The notes below the pieces were generated by a model that was not told the DNA's origin, ran no database searches, and was given only the letters and a program-made list of their open reading frames with translations. From the NCBI GenBank assembly GCA_040285825.1, contig JAUPSS010000003.1, positions 3,658,001 to 3,722,000 on the forward strand: 64,000 nucleotides of DNA, given 5' to 3'. The position numbers were made by a program, and so were the translations under genes. Shown piece after piece: positions 45,901-57,879 of this stretch. This DNA comes from Eukaryota sp. TZLM1-RC. Lineage: Eukaryota > Protista > Metamonada: BaSk clade. Numbering within the stretch: the stretch's first letter is position 1; every line of letters starts with the position of its first letter.

Positions 45901-48821
45901 AGTTTCATTCATTATCAGATGTTTTTACTTTGGGACAATCAACAAACCATTGCTCAACCGTAGAAAGACAACATAAGCTCAAATCAGTTTTAGATTGTGT
46001 TATTTCGCCCCTTGAATCTCTTGATTTAGGAGTAGTTTTAACTTCCACATATTTAAGTGAATTCACGTTGGTCTTCTCAGTTGTAAATGAACACTCTCTT
46101 TGTATGAACAAGGATTATGGCCTTAATGTAACAGAAGTTATTCACACCAGGTCTTCATGCAACAAAAATCACCCACCAAGGGCAAAACTTGTTGTAGAGT
46201 TTGATGAAACTTTAACTCCAACTGACAATGGTTTTATGTCTACAATTGGAATTTCAAATCAAGGAAATGTGACGTCTTTTAGTAATATTTCTCTTTCTTG
46301 TACCGAAATAACTGATAGTTATGGAAAAGAAGGTGATAAATCGATTACATCTCTGTTGGAAAGGGACAACATTTCAATCGATTCTTTGACTGAAATCTCA
46401 GTTAATTTTGAATTGGTTGATGTGATGCAAGGGTCAGAAATACACTGTGAGATTAACTTGTTAGTCCAAAATGATCCTATTTTTGACCCTTGTACACCCG
46501 ACTTCAGAAGTGAATATATTCACACGATACCATGCATTTCTTCTATTATTCCGGAAACCATTCTTCACTTGTCTGACCAAAACCTCTGGTCGCAGTCGAA
46601 CTATGAATTTAATGGTCACCTGGGAACTGTTTTTGAACCAATGATTTTCCTTGAGAAGCCAGTTTACAATTATAAAGATCTAATCATTAGTATAAATTCT
46701 GAAGAATTCAATGTATTTGATTCCCGATTTGTCAATTCGTCTGTGGTTGTTTTTTCCTTCTTTATGAAACATAATTTTTCTGTCAAAGATCCAATCTTGT
46801 ATTTCAAGGTTTACATTGAAACTCAGCCAGAGTATGTTTGTTGTAATCAAGTTGAATGCAAACATAAGTACTTTAAAGACCTTTGGTTACGTCCTTCATG
46901 TCTAGATATCGCACCATTACCCCAACCTCTTGTACAGTCATTGGATTTTTTCAAAAGTCGCTCTATTTTTGATTACTATGCAAGCTTTCTGTTACAATTG
47001 TCAGTGGCATCTGAAACACAATTGCATATTTCAAGCATGATTTTTAATTATGGAGAGGATACTGGCAATTTTACGTTAAAAACTGAGTGTACTGTTTGGG
47101 GACTTTACAACGCTGAGCTTAGAGCACTGCACAAGGTGAAATTGCCCTTGTTATCTTCCCTGGTTGAACCCCAAAATAATTCATTTGTCGAGTATCTTTA
47201 CACTTTCGATGATTCTCTATGGGGTTTTCCTTTGCGATGTGTTGCTTATCTTCAAACATATCCCTTATATCCCAGTTTGGCCTACAACAGCTCTCAATGT
47301 TTGCTCTTTAAGGGAAACTATGCTGTAGCGGAGAGAGAACTTGAAATTCCTTGCCCATTCAAGTCGTCTATATTTAATTCTGTTGAAAATATACTGTTTG
47401 CAGAAAGGAACACATCGCATATAAGTTATGATTCACTGAATTCTTATACTTTTACTGGAACCATCGATCTCAATGAAGAAGAAATAATGTTTCCTGATAA
47501 TTTGAGACTAACAGCAACATGTTCACATCATTACACCATCATTGCACAAAACATCTCTATTGTACCGGCTTTTAAACATAGATTTGAGTTTGTGCTTGAT
47601 GTAGATATTGATCGGCAATATTCAACTTTGATTGGTAACTCAATTTCGTGTGAAATTGAAATTGAAACAAACAAACCGCGACATCCCTGTATTATACGAA
47701 ACCAGAGGTCCATTGATCACTATAAGCACCGTATTGAAACAATTTTGCTTTGTAACGGATATATTGGAATTACTGATATTTCACTAGTGGACATCATATC
47801 TATCACATCCCGTCCTGTGATATATGGACTTAATTCGATCGGATTTCACTTGAATATGTTTATAAAGGAAGAACATTTAGCGGATTTCAATGGTTTAGGG
47901 TTTTCCTTGAATGGGCAGTTTTCAGGACATTATTTTGAGCATCAAGACTATCAATGTACAACATCTACGTTGTTGAGCAACGTTGTTTGTTCTCAGTTTG
48001 TTGAGGTTAGTCCAGTTAGAGTCCATAGACGACCACCTAAGGGCGCTGTTGTCTATTTTTCTCAAAATATATCAACGTCCTTAAGCAGGGATGAATGTGC
48101 AGTGAGAAAAGCCCATTCAACGAACACTTTTACTCACACTTCCAGTTTTGACTGTCCTATCATTGGTTCATTATTTGAACTCAAATTTGAATTACAGTTG
48201 ATTAGCCTTAAAGAACTTGAAATTTCAGTTTCTTTAAACTCTACAAATCATTATCAACATTACTTCTCTGCAAATTATTTTGAGTCTATCAGGAGTTTGA
48301 AAAAGAACATCATTGTTGCTGGTAATCTGTATCTTTCCACCAGTCCCAATTGTCCTAATTTTAGTTCAAACGAAGTTGAATTTAGTTTGGTGGAACCAAG
48401 AACTACCACGGTCTTCAATATGGATACAGTTCCGGTGCACCATCAATGTTTTGTTAATTTGTCCTGCAATGTGTCCCCCAAGGGCGATACATTAGATGGA
48501 CTGTTGAACAATATATGTATAGAGGATAATAAGATTTATGCTCCATTTCTCTCTTCTACAGTTCTGTCTGGTACTGCAAAGTTTGATCTCACTGAAGCTG
48601 TTCATGTTAAATTAGATTCAATGGGATTTTTCTTTCATTTGTTTTCTGAAAAGGTTTTACTTTTTTCTGCTCTGTCTGCAGTGTTGCTCGGTATTGTAGT
48701 TAGTGTCGGTTGGATTTATACTCGAATGCGAAAGATCAACAGAGCAATTCAACAAAGAGATGCACACCGTTTCAAATGTACTTACAATTCCATGTTTTCA
48801 ATGTCCACCTTGTATAGATGA
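42972..48821 (+). CDS. HAP2/GCS1-like type I membrane protein, long form (~1949 aa if four homopolymer indels at ~45140-45290 are corrected)
   Basis: Signal peptide, HAP2-like core, multiple NxG..C Ig-like repeats, TM VLLFSALSAVLLGIVVSVGWIY. Indels versus copy 2 (+1,-1,+1,-1) net to zero. Confidence 0.7.
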
Positions 48822-48944
48822 CATTGATGATTAAACATTTTGAATTGTTTGTACTGTTTGTATTATTAAATAATTATGTATCATAGCAAATAAAAAAGAA
48901 ACTAAAAATGACTCATATATTTAAAATATATAAATATAGAATTG

Positions 48945-49589
48945 TTACATAAAATCGTCTTCGACCTCATCTAGAGATTTCCCAACAAAATCTTTATTAG
49001 TGAAGGTTGTTGAAGTTAGAGCCATTATACTCGAATAAGATCTCAGTTCATTCTCTTCTCTCTGTTTTTTTACAAGTTCCTCTTGTTTCTTCCTTTCCAA
49101 CAACCGTTCACGGCGCTTCTTCTGGTCTAGTAGATTTATACGGTTCTCTAGTTGAACACACAGGTTGGGAAACTCCTCTATCCTCGTCTTATTAAGCCTA
49201 TTGACAATTGAGTTGTTTCTACACTCAATGGTGATGTATCTATTGAGTGAAGGATCCTTAAACGATACTTGACCTGCAACCATGTGGGACTCTTTCAAAA
49301 GATTGGATGCAGGAGTAAAAACGATGCGGACGTTGTTGGTTTTATTACCTTTGATGGAGTTTGCTTTGGTTAATTGGGCACAATCTTGAATGACTTCTTG
49401 TGGTACTTGGTCAATGGTTTTATCATCGGGAAGACGAAGGTATATATGAGCAGAACTCATTTCAGAAACGTGAAACCACCAATCCACATCCCAAGCATAA
49501 CGAATAAGAGTTTCGTTTTCAATCTTGTCCCTGCCTGAGTAGATAGTATACTCAATGCCATCATTGGCAACAGAACAGAAAAAGTACAT
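48945..49589 (-). CDS. CCDC25: CCDC25 / NFACT-R (DUF814) protein
   Basis: GRDKIENETLI, WFHV..SSAHIYLR, DCAQLTKANSIKGNK, GQVSF, C-terminal EDDFM. Start at MYFF (49589). Confidence 0.93.
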   Translation of the reverse strand: MYFFCSVANDGIEYTIYSGRDKIENETLIRYAWDVDWWFHVSEMSSAHIYLRLPDDKTIDQVPQEVIQDCAQLTKANSIKGNKTNNVRIVFTPASNLLKESHMVAGQVSFKDPSLNRYITIECRNNSIVNRLNKTRIEEFPNLCVQLENRINLLDQKKRRERLLERKKQEELVKKQREENELRSYSSIMALTSTTFTNKDFVGKSLDEVEDDFM

Positions 49590-50699
49590 AGTTGGAGGAA
49601 GTTGATAACTCAAGGTGAAGTCAAAGATTTTCCAAAAAGATTTCTGTACACAAACAACAACTTTCATATTTAAGAGATAAAAAGCTTCTCTCGAAAAATG
49701 CAAGTCGCCAATTCTCTTGAAAATGAGGAGTATGTGGCTCAATGCAGTTAAAAAATCTATTATGGTGTTAATGCTATCTTTTTGTTCAGCATATATGTAT
49801 ATTAACCAATAAATAAAGGCGAATATTACACAATAATTCTTGTCTTCACAACTTTAGTTAGTCACTTTTTTTGTTAACTGTGTTATTTTCAAAATTTAAA
49901 ACTGTTCTATGGAAGTTTTATGATAAAAATTCAGCTATTTTATTGCACTCCAAGAAGCAGTTTCAAGAAGTTTAAGAAGTTCCTTCACACAAGCTTCAAC
50001 ATTGCAATATTCATCATCTCAAAGTACGTGTTATCAAAATGATTGAAAAAATAGACTAAGAGATTAACCAGTCTCATTTTCTCAACTGACTTAAACTGAT
50101 TTTTGAAGACTGTAATCTCACACCATGAGGAATTGCAGAAATTGAATTGATGAACTGTTCGTAAGATGCGTTTAGTGTGAATACAACAGGGTCATTGGCC
50201 TTAAGTTTATTCAGATTCAATCCGACTGTCATAGACAGAAATAGGTAGGTGGTAGGTGGATTTTGCTTAAAAGTTTCAGAACTAGGTGGATTTTATATTT
50301 ATCCCTTTTCTTTTTCTTTAGGGTCCACACTGAATTTCTGTGGTGATTGCAGATGGACTTTTGCAACATCCAATGTGTATTTAGATGGTATTGTACAAAT
50401 GTACATTTTATAAGAATGTTTGTGTCCCCGCGGAAGTATATAAAATATCTTGATCATCAATGTTATAAAATCTACGGAAAAATGAAAGTAGAAGCCACTG
50501 TTATTGATTTAAGATAGACTATTGAATAGGCAAAACATGCTTCGAAAATATCATTGACAGATGGATAAGATTAATTAAGAGGTACGGCAAGGTTACTGAG
50601 GTCACAACTACGTAGTTTTGATAACTATCTGAAGAACAACAGAAAAGGAGGAAGGTGTAAATGTAAGTTTGCAAATTTTCCGCCAAAACTTCCGAGTTC

Positions 50700-53600
50700 A
50701 TGTCATCACTCAACTTGTGCTTCTTACTTCTCATCAGTTTCACTCTAGTTACTGCGCATCAATGTTCTGGATATCGCAACTTCACAGTGAGTTTTTTGTC
50801 ACCAACATGTGGTACGGTCATTGAAGCTAGTGAATCAGTTCCTTTCTCGATCAGCTTTCAGTTTTCGTGTACGTATTTGCAAATCGGAAGCAATGTGCTT
50901 GATCTTGATGTTGATCTTGATGTCGATCAGTTCCCTGAAGCAATGTCCTTATATTGTTCACCAGATTTAACCGATAACCAAACCAATATTCTGAAGCCTC
51001 TTGGTGCCAGCTTTTATCCTCAATCACAGGACGGAATCACCACAGTCGATGTTCAATTTGATCTTTATGCACTACCTGACCTGGATCAAACAAGCTACCA
51101 ATGTTTTTTCGATCTTCAGGAGTGGCAATGTGGAAACTCCCTTCTACCTCGTACCAGCTGGTTTTCATTTGTTGTTGATAACTTGGGTTCAGCAACGGAA
51201 CTGGATTGTACGCCTCCTCTTTCTGATGTACTTTGCTCACCTTATCCAGATTTTGGACTCAGTCTGTCGAATGATTTCTTTGATAAAGACCGCAGCAATT
51301 TCAGCAGTTCTTCAATCAGCGTCCATGCTTCGTTGACTGAAGCTAATACAGTGCTCATAGAACTTCATGGATCTCTGGCTACGTCTGAAAAACCTGTAGG
51401 TATTGACATTAATCATTTTGAGATCGAACAGGTAAAGTATCTTCTGGACGACTCTTCTTTAATTACAGTACAATCTCAACTTCACAATCGTTTGAATACA
51501 TCTCTTCTTTGGTCACACGGAAGCAATTTGTTACTATCCTTCAGTACCACCGAAGGAACTTCATCTCCAAATCAGCATGTTCAGCTTTCCTCTCATGAAA
51601 TTCAACCCTTGTTTGACGCTCTTGATACAAGCACCCTTAGGATAAGGTGTGTAGTGGAACGCGTGTTCTTGCCCTATTCCACTTACGATGACGATGACTA
51701 CCGATCTTCACTCAACGCTTCCTTTCTAGAACAATATATTCAATCCAATAATCCGCCTAGTGGGTATTCAGCGTTCTTCACCTTCGATAGCCTTGAGGGT
51801 TATTTGTCTTATTCAGACACAATTTGGACAGCAATTCTGCCTTCCCGTTTTTGTCCAACGGGTTCTACTGCTTTTAGGTTTTCTCAACTATTGGAACAGT
51901 CGGATGGTGAAGCTTTCGCGTTTCAAAATGGTGACAGTTTTTTCTTTTTTGATTTTACCGAAATATTTTCTGAACATACACTTAAGTTCTCTCTTTTTCA
52001 CTCCACTTTTGGAGAATTATTCACAAGTACTTTTTCTCATGACAACAACTACAAAAGTAAAGATGCATTTAATTCCACATTTAGCTCAAACTTCACTACT
52101 AACCTCTTTAAATTCTTGGATCAAGATTACCCTGCTGTTGCCTTGTCGAGTGATCTTCCCCTTGGTGATATAACTGATCACATTAATGATCTAGTTTTTG
52201 TACCAAAAGAGGCTATTGAATTAGGGGAAAATTGTGGAGGTCTATTCTACAGTCCAGTTTCTTGGTGGCTGGAGTTTGATTGTAATTCAAAAAGTTCATG
52301 GCAGTGTCTCCGTAATGGGGTTGGAAGGTTAAGTCATGATCCCAGTCTGAGGTTTGGAAATATGGTTAAGAATTTTTCTTCTCTTTTTGAAGGTAACCTG
52401 GATGGAGATAAGTTATTCCATATTGAGAGAACAACTGATTCTTTAACCATGCAATTGAATCCTATTGATCCAGATGATGTTATTTTCTCTTTTTCCTTAC
52501 ATCGTGACGATTTGACCTTTAAGCAACCATCTGTTGGTGATTTTGGTGTTTCGGTTTCAAACATCAATGGATCTTTCATTTCTGTTGATTCGTTTGTTTA
52601 CAATGTCGGAACTTTGAATGATTCAATAACCATTTCTCTTGAATGTGATTCTGAATTTGTTGATTCTAGTGATCCTATTTCATCCCATCTCAATCCATCA
52701 GAAGCTTTATATCATTCTTTCATATTAGCCTCAAATGGATTAATTGATCAAACATCCATTAATTGCAAAGTGTTTTTTAGCTTTTCTCAGCTCCCCTTGT
52801 GGGATAATGATGACAAATACGCTGAAACAGAATTCATTATTTACCCAATTGATTCATCTGCTTGTTTTGACAGTGGTTTTTCTTTTATCACTGCTGATAT
52901 AGGGAATTTTAACCTTTGCGATTATTTAGAATTACCACTATTAAAAAATCCCACAATATCTTTTGTTAACCTCACCATCCCTTCTCAATTCCCAGACCCG
53001 ACTGCAAACCCCATTTTTCAAGACAAAATTCTGAGTTATTATACTATATCATTTGATAGTGACCACTTTACCTCCGATACATTAATCTCGCTCAAACTTG
53101 ATGTTAATTCTTGTAAGAATTGTGAAGACTATGGAGTCATTGTTGAACAGCAATACTTTAATAACCATGAAGTTGATGAATTGCTTACAATAGACAATCC
53201 TAATTCAATTTCTCTTGCTATTCTTGTTCCTTTTGTTGATCAAAAGTCACTCCACGTGACTTATACCATTGGTTTGCACAATGTAGATAATTGTATCTGT
53301 TATGATGAAGTTGAAACTAGTTTTCTATTATCTACGTCAACTAATATCGAATGTCCTTTCATTGTTGATGCTCCCAGCCTTCAACTCCCAATGAATTCTG
53401 GATTGTGGATCGATGGAAATGTCTTTTCAAGTGTTGAAACAGATTTTGTTGATTTGGATAATGAAGTAGACTTTGGATTGTTTAATCTCAATACCCAGTC
53501 AAGTTTTGTACATACAATGGAGGGCTTTCTCCTGCAGAGAAGTAACATTTCATTTACACTTGTAAATCTTGGAGACGGATTGGCATCATCACGGTTTTCA

Positions 53601-54722
53601 ATAGAAGTAATTACCTCAGCTGAATCCAAGTTTCATTCATTATCAGATGTTTTTACTTTGGGACAATCAACAAACCATTGCTCAACCGTAGAAAGACAAC
53701 ATAAGCTCAAATCAGTTTTAGATTGTGTTATTTCGCCCCTTGAATCTCTTGATTTAGGAGTAGTTTTAACTTCCACATATTTAAGTGAATTCACGTTGGT
53801 CTTCTCAGTTGTAAATGAACACTCTCTTTGTATGAACAAGGATTATGGCCTTAATGTAACAGAAGTTATTCACACCAGGTCTTCATGCAACAAAAATCAC
53901 CCACCAAGGGCAAAACTTGTTGTAGAGTTTGATGAAACTTTAACTCCAACTGACAATGGTTTTATGTCTACAATTGGAATTTCAAATCAAGGAAATGTGA
54001 CGTCTTTTAGTAATATTTCTCTTTCTTGTACCGAAATAACTGATAGTTATGGAAAAGAAGGTGATAAATCGATTACATCTCTGTTGGAAAGGGACAACAT
54101 TTCAATCGATTCTTTGACTGAAATCTCAGTTAATTTTGAATTGGTTGATGTGATACAAGGGTCAGAAATACACTGTGAGATTAACTTGTTAGTCCAAAAT
54201 GATCCTATTTTTGATCCTTGTACACTTGCCTCTGTATCTGCTTTTACATTTGCGATTCCTCCTCATAATTCACCTATCAAACCTTTAGCTATCGTCATTG
54301 TTCCTGTTGTTCTCGTTACTGTAGTAGGAAGTGTTTTCTTTATATTGAAGAAATCAATCAAGAAATCAATTGTGTCTGAGCTTGTTTCATTTTCTACAGT
54401 GCCTGTTAGTGTTGAAGTTGTTCCAGATCAGCCACAACCAGATGATTCCCAAGTTCCTGTTCCTCCTACAACTTCTGCATTTGTACGTTCAGAAGCTGAT
54501 TACACTAATGCAAAGGGGACAGTCACACCAGAAGCTGAGGATAATTCACGTTTAATGCCTGCATTGTCTCCTGGTAATGTTTTGTTAGGAAGATCACCAA
54601 AAATTGAACCTGCGAACTGGATCCAAAATTCACCAGTTAATGGCCCTGTTCACTCTAGTCCTCACGCATCCGCAAGAGCTAGAAGACCTCAATTAGCGTG
54701 GCATCATCCTGTACCAAGATAA
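50700..54722 (+). CDS. HAP2/GCS1-like type I membrane protein, short form (1340 aa) with Pro/Ser-rich cytoplasmic tail
   Basis: Intact ORF; same ectodomain start as copy 1; TM LAIVIVPVVLVTVVGSVFFIL followed by KKSIKK. Confidence 0.75.
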   Translation: MSSLNLCFLLLISFTLVTAHQCSGYRNFTVSFLSPTCGTVIEASESVPFSISFQFSCTYLQIGSNVLDLDVDLDVDQFPEAMSLYCSPDLTDNQTNILKPLGASFYPQSQDGITTVDVQFDLYALPDLDQTSYQCFFDLQEWQCGNSLLPRTSWFSFVVDNLGSATELDCTPPLSDVLCSPYPDFGLSLSNDFFDKDRSNFSSSSISVHASLTEANTVLIELHGSLATSEKPVGIDINHFEIEQVKYLLDDSSLITVQSQLHNRLNTSLLWSHGSNLLLSFSTTEGTSSPNQHVQLSSHEIQPLFDALDTSTLRIRCVVERVFLPYSTYDDDDYRSSLNASFLEQYIQSNNPPSGYSAFFTFDSLEGYLSYSDTIWTAILPSRFCPTGSTAFRFSQLLEQSDGEAFAFQNGDSFFFFDFTEIFSEHTLKFSLFHSTFGELFTSTFSHDNNYKSKDAFNSTFSSNFTTNLFKFLDQDYPAVALSSDLPLGDITDHINDLVFVPKEAIELGENCGGLFYSPVSWWLEFDCNSKSSWQCLRNGVGRLSHDPSLRFGNMVKNFSSLFEGNLDGDKLFHIERTTDSLTMQLNPIDPDDVIFSFSLHRDDLTFKQPSVGDFGVSVSNINGSFISVDSFVYNVGTLNDSITISLECDSEFVDSSDPISSHLNPSEALYHSFILASNGLIDQTSINCKVFFSFSQLPLWDNDDKYAETEFIIYPIDSSACFDSGFSFITADIGNFNLCDYLELPLLKNPTISFVNLTIPSQFPDPTANPIFQDKILSYYTISFDSDHFTSDTLISLKLDVNSCKNCEDYGVIVEQQYFNNHEVDELLTIDNPNSISLAILVPFVDQKSLHVTYTIGLHNVDNCICYDEVETSFLLSTSTNIECPFIVDAPSLQLPMNSGLWIDGNVFSSVETDFVDLDNEVDFGLFNLNTQSSFVHTMEGFLLQRSNISFTLVNLGDGLASSRFSIEVITSAESKFHSLSDVFTLGQSTNHCSTVERQHKLKSVLDCVISPLESLDLGVVLTSTYLSEFTLVFSVVNEHSLCMNKDYGLNVTEVIHTRSSCNKNHPPRAKLVVEFDETLTPTDNGFMSTIGISNQGNVTSFSNISLSCTEITDSYGKEGDKSITSLLERDNISIDSLTEISVNFELVDVIQGSEIHCEINLLVQNDPIFDPCTLASVSAFTFAIPPHNSPIKPLAIVIVPVVLVTVVGSVFFILKKSIKKSIVSELVSFSTVPVSVEVVPDQPQPDDSQVPVPPTTSAFVRSEADYTNAKGTVTPEAEDNSRLMPALSPGNVLLGRSPKIEPANWIQNSPVNGPVHSSPHASARARRPQLAWHHPVPR

Positions 54723-54767
54723 TTTTGTATAATAAGTTTGTATTTTGTTTATAAACCATAACTATAA

Positions 54768-56444
54768 CTACAAATTTTTACAAATAATTGTACAATCAGC
54801 CAACTTCATAACCTCACAATCCTGAAAGTAACCAAAATATGAATCAGTGGTGCCAAAAAGAAACCACAAAATTCCAGATGGAAAAATCAAAACTGAAACA
54901 ATAGCATTGGCTAATAGCAGATAAAAAATGGTGTTTTTCATATTTCCAAACGCAAATTCAAGTTTGAAAAGTTTTAATAAACTGATCTTATCGTGGTAAT
55001 ACTCTAGAAATTGACCAATGAAGACAAGAATACCCAATAAAGGGAAAAAAGAACTACCAACTGATAAAAGAAACATTCTATAAATAACTTCTACATATTC
55101 ATCACTGGTGTCAAATTCAGATTTTTCGTCCCGTTTTAGCACAAACTTTTTGAATAAAGGCCACAACCACTGGACTATATTGACCAGTACAATATCAGTA
55201 ACTAGCAACCAAAAAATTTGAGATGCCATTGAATCAAACCCACAGCCGGTTCCAGTGATGTTTGATTCATAGCACAAACAACCATCCACTCTGAAAGAAT
55301 TTTCCTGCCTTTTATCAGCCCAAACTAAGAATCTTGAAAGATACAACACACAAACCTGTGCTAGCTTGAGTACATAAACATGGAATAACCTAGCGGCATA
55401 TTTGCCAGTCCAAGTTTTGTGTTTTTCAAAATCGACAATTTTTTTGGCCAATTTTTTCCACATATAGTTGGAGCAAACGACATAAGATGAGACCAAAATT
55501 TGGCCAAGAGGAGCATCTGCCAAACGTGAAATAGTGATCCAGTTCACAATAGAGGAAATAACCAAAGTTAAAAGCCACAGAATGAATCCTACAAACAAGC
55601 GAACAGATCGAATCAACCAATGAATGTTTTTGTTATCTGTTATTACATCAAAAGAGGTATTTTTGACCGATCGTGATCTTGAAAGCAGGCTGCCTTGACA
55701 AGTGTTTCTATCTTCCTTTTCATACTTGGAGAGAGTTATTTCATGATGAACCAAGTACCTAAAAGGAAGAGCAAAAGTTAAAGCCGCATTGGTAACAATA
55801 CTTAACAGAAATATCCACCGAATTTCCCCATAATAACGTGCAGAAGAAAACAATAGTGGCAAAGTTGCAATTCCTTCATAAGAAGTTGTATGTTCAAGGA
55901 TTTCAGCATAAATACCCCTAAAATTAAGATCAGGAAAGTTGCTTGTATTGTATTGAAGTAAAGAAGGAATTAGAACCAGCAATCCAGAAAGAACAAAGTA
56001 GAGACAGTAAAAGTAAAGAAATTTGATGAAAGAAAAATAAAGAGAAATACCAATGCCGTGATGTCGTCTAATAGAGCGTAAACTGGAAGAAATACCAAGT
56101 TTGGATAACTTCTTATCTTTGTCACCAGTATCATCATTAGTTGTGGGAGAATAAGAGGCTGGTCCACCATCTACAATATCTGGACAGTCAAGATCAGATT
56201 CGTTGACATAAGTGACTTCAAGGCCATCATCCACATTCTTTTGATTTGGGTAGTTACCTGAACCATCATGATACTCCACATTGACATCGCAATGAGAATT
56301 CCAAATAGTGGGAAACGTGGAGACGAGTTGTAACTGCTGACTGGGAATAAGAACTGGGCCATAATCCGAATAGTAGAGCTGGAAACCAGGGGGTACTTGG
56401 GATGGATCAAAGTTATGAATGCGCGAGCTGTGAGAACTACCCAT
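54768..56444 (-). CDS. Transmembrane channel-like (TMC) family protein
   Basis: GIGISLYFSFIKFL, VDFEKH, C...SQIFWLLVTD, KSEFDTSDEYVEVIY..GSSFFPLL; multiple TM segments. Confidence 0.82.
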   Translation of the reverse strand: MGSSHSSRIHNFDPSQVPPGFQLYYSDYGPVLIPSQQLQLVSTFPTIWNSHCDVNVEYHDGSGNYPNQKNVDDGLEVTYVNESDLDCPDIVDGGPASYSPTTNDDTGDKDKKLSKLGISSSLRSIRRHHGIGISLYFSFIKFLYFYCLYFVLSGLLVLIPSLLQYNTSNFPDLNFRGIYAEILEHTTSYEGIATLPLLFSSARYYGEIRWIFLLSIVTNAALTFALPFRYLVHHEITLSKYEKEDRNTCQGSLLSRSRSVKNTSFDVITDNKNIHWLIRSVRLFVGFILWLLTLVISSIVNWITISRLADAPLGQILVSSYVVCSNYMWKKLAKKIVDFEKHKTWTGKYAARLFHVYVLKLAQVCVLYLSRFLVWADKRQENSFRVDGCLCYESNITGTGCGFDSMASQIFWLLVTDIVLVNIVQWLWPLFKKFVLKRDEKSEFDTSDEYVEVIYRMFLLSVGSSFFPLLGILVFIGQFLEYYHDKISLLKLFKLEFAFGNMKNTIFYLLLANAIVSVLIFPSGILWFLFGTTDSYFGYFQDCEVMKLADCTIICKNL

Positions 56445-57275
56445 CACTACAGATATGGTGAATCAAAATGCTATTCTTGGACGCAGAATGTCTAAAAATA
56501 GATAACAAATTTATTCAATCCCATCATCTCCAATATTAAACAAGTGGCCCTTCAACGTTGCATGAACGATTCATTGCAATCAGAAACACTGATTTTACTG
56601 AAACAAGAACAGCTGAAAGTGATGTTCTGACTCATTTCTTGTATATTCTGCCAAAAATGTGTATGTACCAAAAATAAAATAGCAACTATCCAATTATAAA
56701 ATTACAACCACCTACGAAAATTGACACTTCTCTCTTCTTCTTTGAAGGGTATAGTTAAAAGCACTGTGAGACTGAAAACTATTCTAAAAATTAAACTATT
56801 CATTCTACTCCCTTATTCTATCTAAATTGTTCAGCATTTGATTCTGTTCAAGTGTATACCATGAATATTGTAAAATTGCAACGTGTATTTTGTTTGGCGA
56901 AATTAAATCTTTTTAAAATGGACTACATTGAAATTTTAGCAGAATAAGGATCGGAAAAAGTATTTTATTTAGTACCAGTATGATGGTTTGGGCTGTTCGT
57001 TAGGCTTAGCTATATCTTTAGATGTAATGAGATTTATTACCAAGAGAAAATGTAATCTCTCTTCTGATACTAATAAGCGGAACGTAAACTAATGAACTAT
57101 TAATACAAAGCTATTTTAAACTATTCAAGACAAGCACTGCCTTTTCTTCTCTCTTGAGCGACGAGCACTAGAAGCTCTAGTCATATGGGAAGAAGTACCT
57201 GACTTGGATCGCTTCCTGGGAGCAGCGGATTAAGTACAACAACGTGTTTTGGAAGTCTTGATAAAGACCCTTAAA

Positions 57276-57307
<32 letters not shown>

Positions 57308-57461
57308 ACTTCTACCGATTGGATGTTGAGGTGAAATGTTTGGACTCAATGGGTTAAGCTGCAAAGCAAGACTTGTTTGGAAAATTCTGTAAATCTTTGT
57401 ATCTAGAGGAAGGAGAAGTTGTAACAAGATATCCGTAGGTAAACCTGCGGATGGATCATTG
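57276..57461 (+). rRNA. 18S rRNA 3' fragment (pseudogene)
   Basis: tacgtccctgccctttgtacacaccgcccgtc ... aacctgcggatggatcatt. The 5' part is absent and invariant motifs carry substitutions. Confidence 0.93.
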
Positions 57462-57560
57462 TCGTTTGTGAGTTTGGCTTGCCAAGTTTCACTTTAACTG
57501 AAACCTAATACCGACCCAACACTTTGTATTATATAAACTAATAGTTTCTATGAAACATCC

Positions 57561-57718
57561 AACTTTCAGTGATGGATGTCTCGGCTCCTTTATCGATGAA
57601 GAACGCAGCGAATTGCGATACGTAATGTGAATTCAGAATCTGTGAATCATCGAAACTTTGAACACAAATGGTAGTTCTTTAGAGCTTCGGCTTTATTGAA
57701 CTATACTTGAATCAGCGT
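57561..57718 (+). rRNA. 5.8S rRNA (probable pseudogene)
   Basis: gatgaagaacgcagcgaattgcgatacgtaatgtgaatt, gtgaatcatcgaa. Confidence 0.92.
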
Positions 57719-57879
57719 CGTCTCTTATTTTTCCATTTCGGATAATTGGAATTGAAGGTTACTTCTTTTCTTAAATAATCAAATATATGATTGACTTTTG
57801 TCAACATTTATTGTTAAAGGCAACTTTTACATTAATTGACGACTCATCTCTTTCATATATTGTCTTTTCGACATCATTT

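Larger units (their letters stand above)
42939..54225 (+). repeat. 3.56 kb direct duplication (42939-46497 and 50667-54225; offset 7728)
   Basis: Near identity from ttgcaaattttccgccaaaa to ccttgtacac. Confidence 0.97.

Noticed and set aside
49590-49742. N-terminal extension of CCDC25 in the ORF track
   Set aside because: Non-ATG start; homology begins at MYFF (49589).
56980-57275. Extension of 18S, or a 23S-like ggtttgggctgttcg motif
   Set aside because: The match is too short; the region reads as decayed protein-coding, possibly gag-like, sequence.
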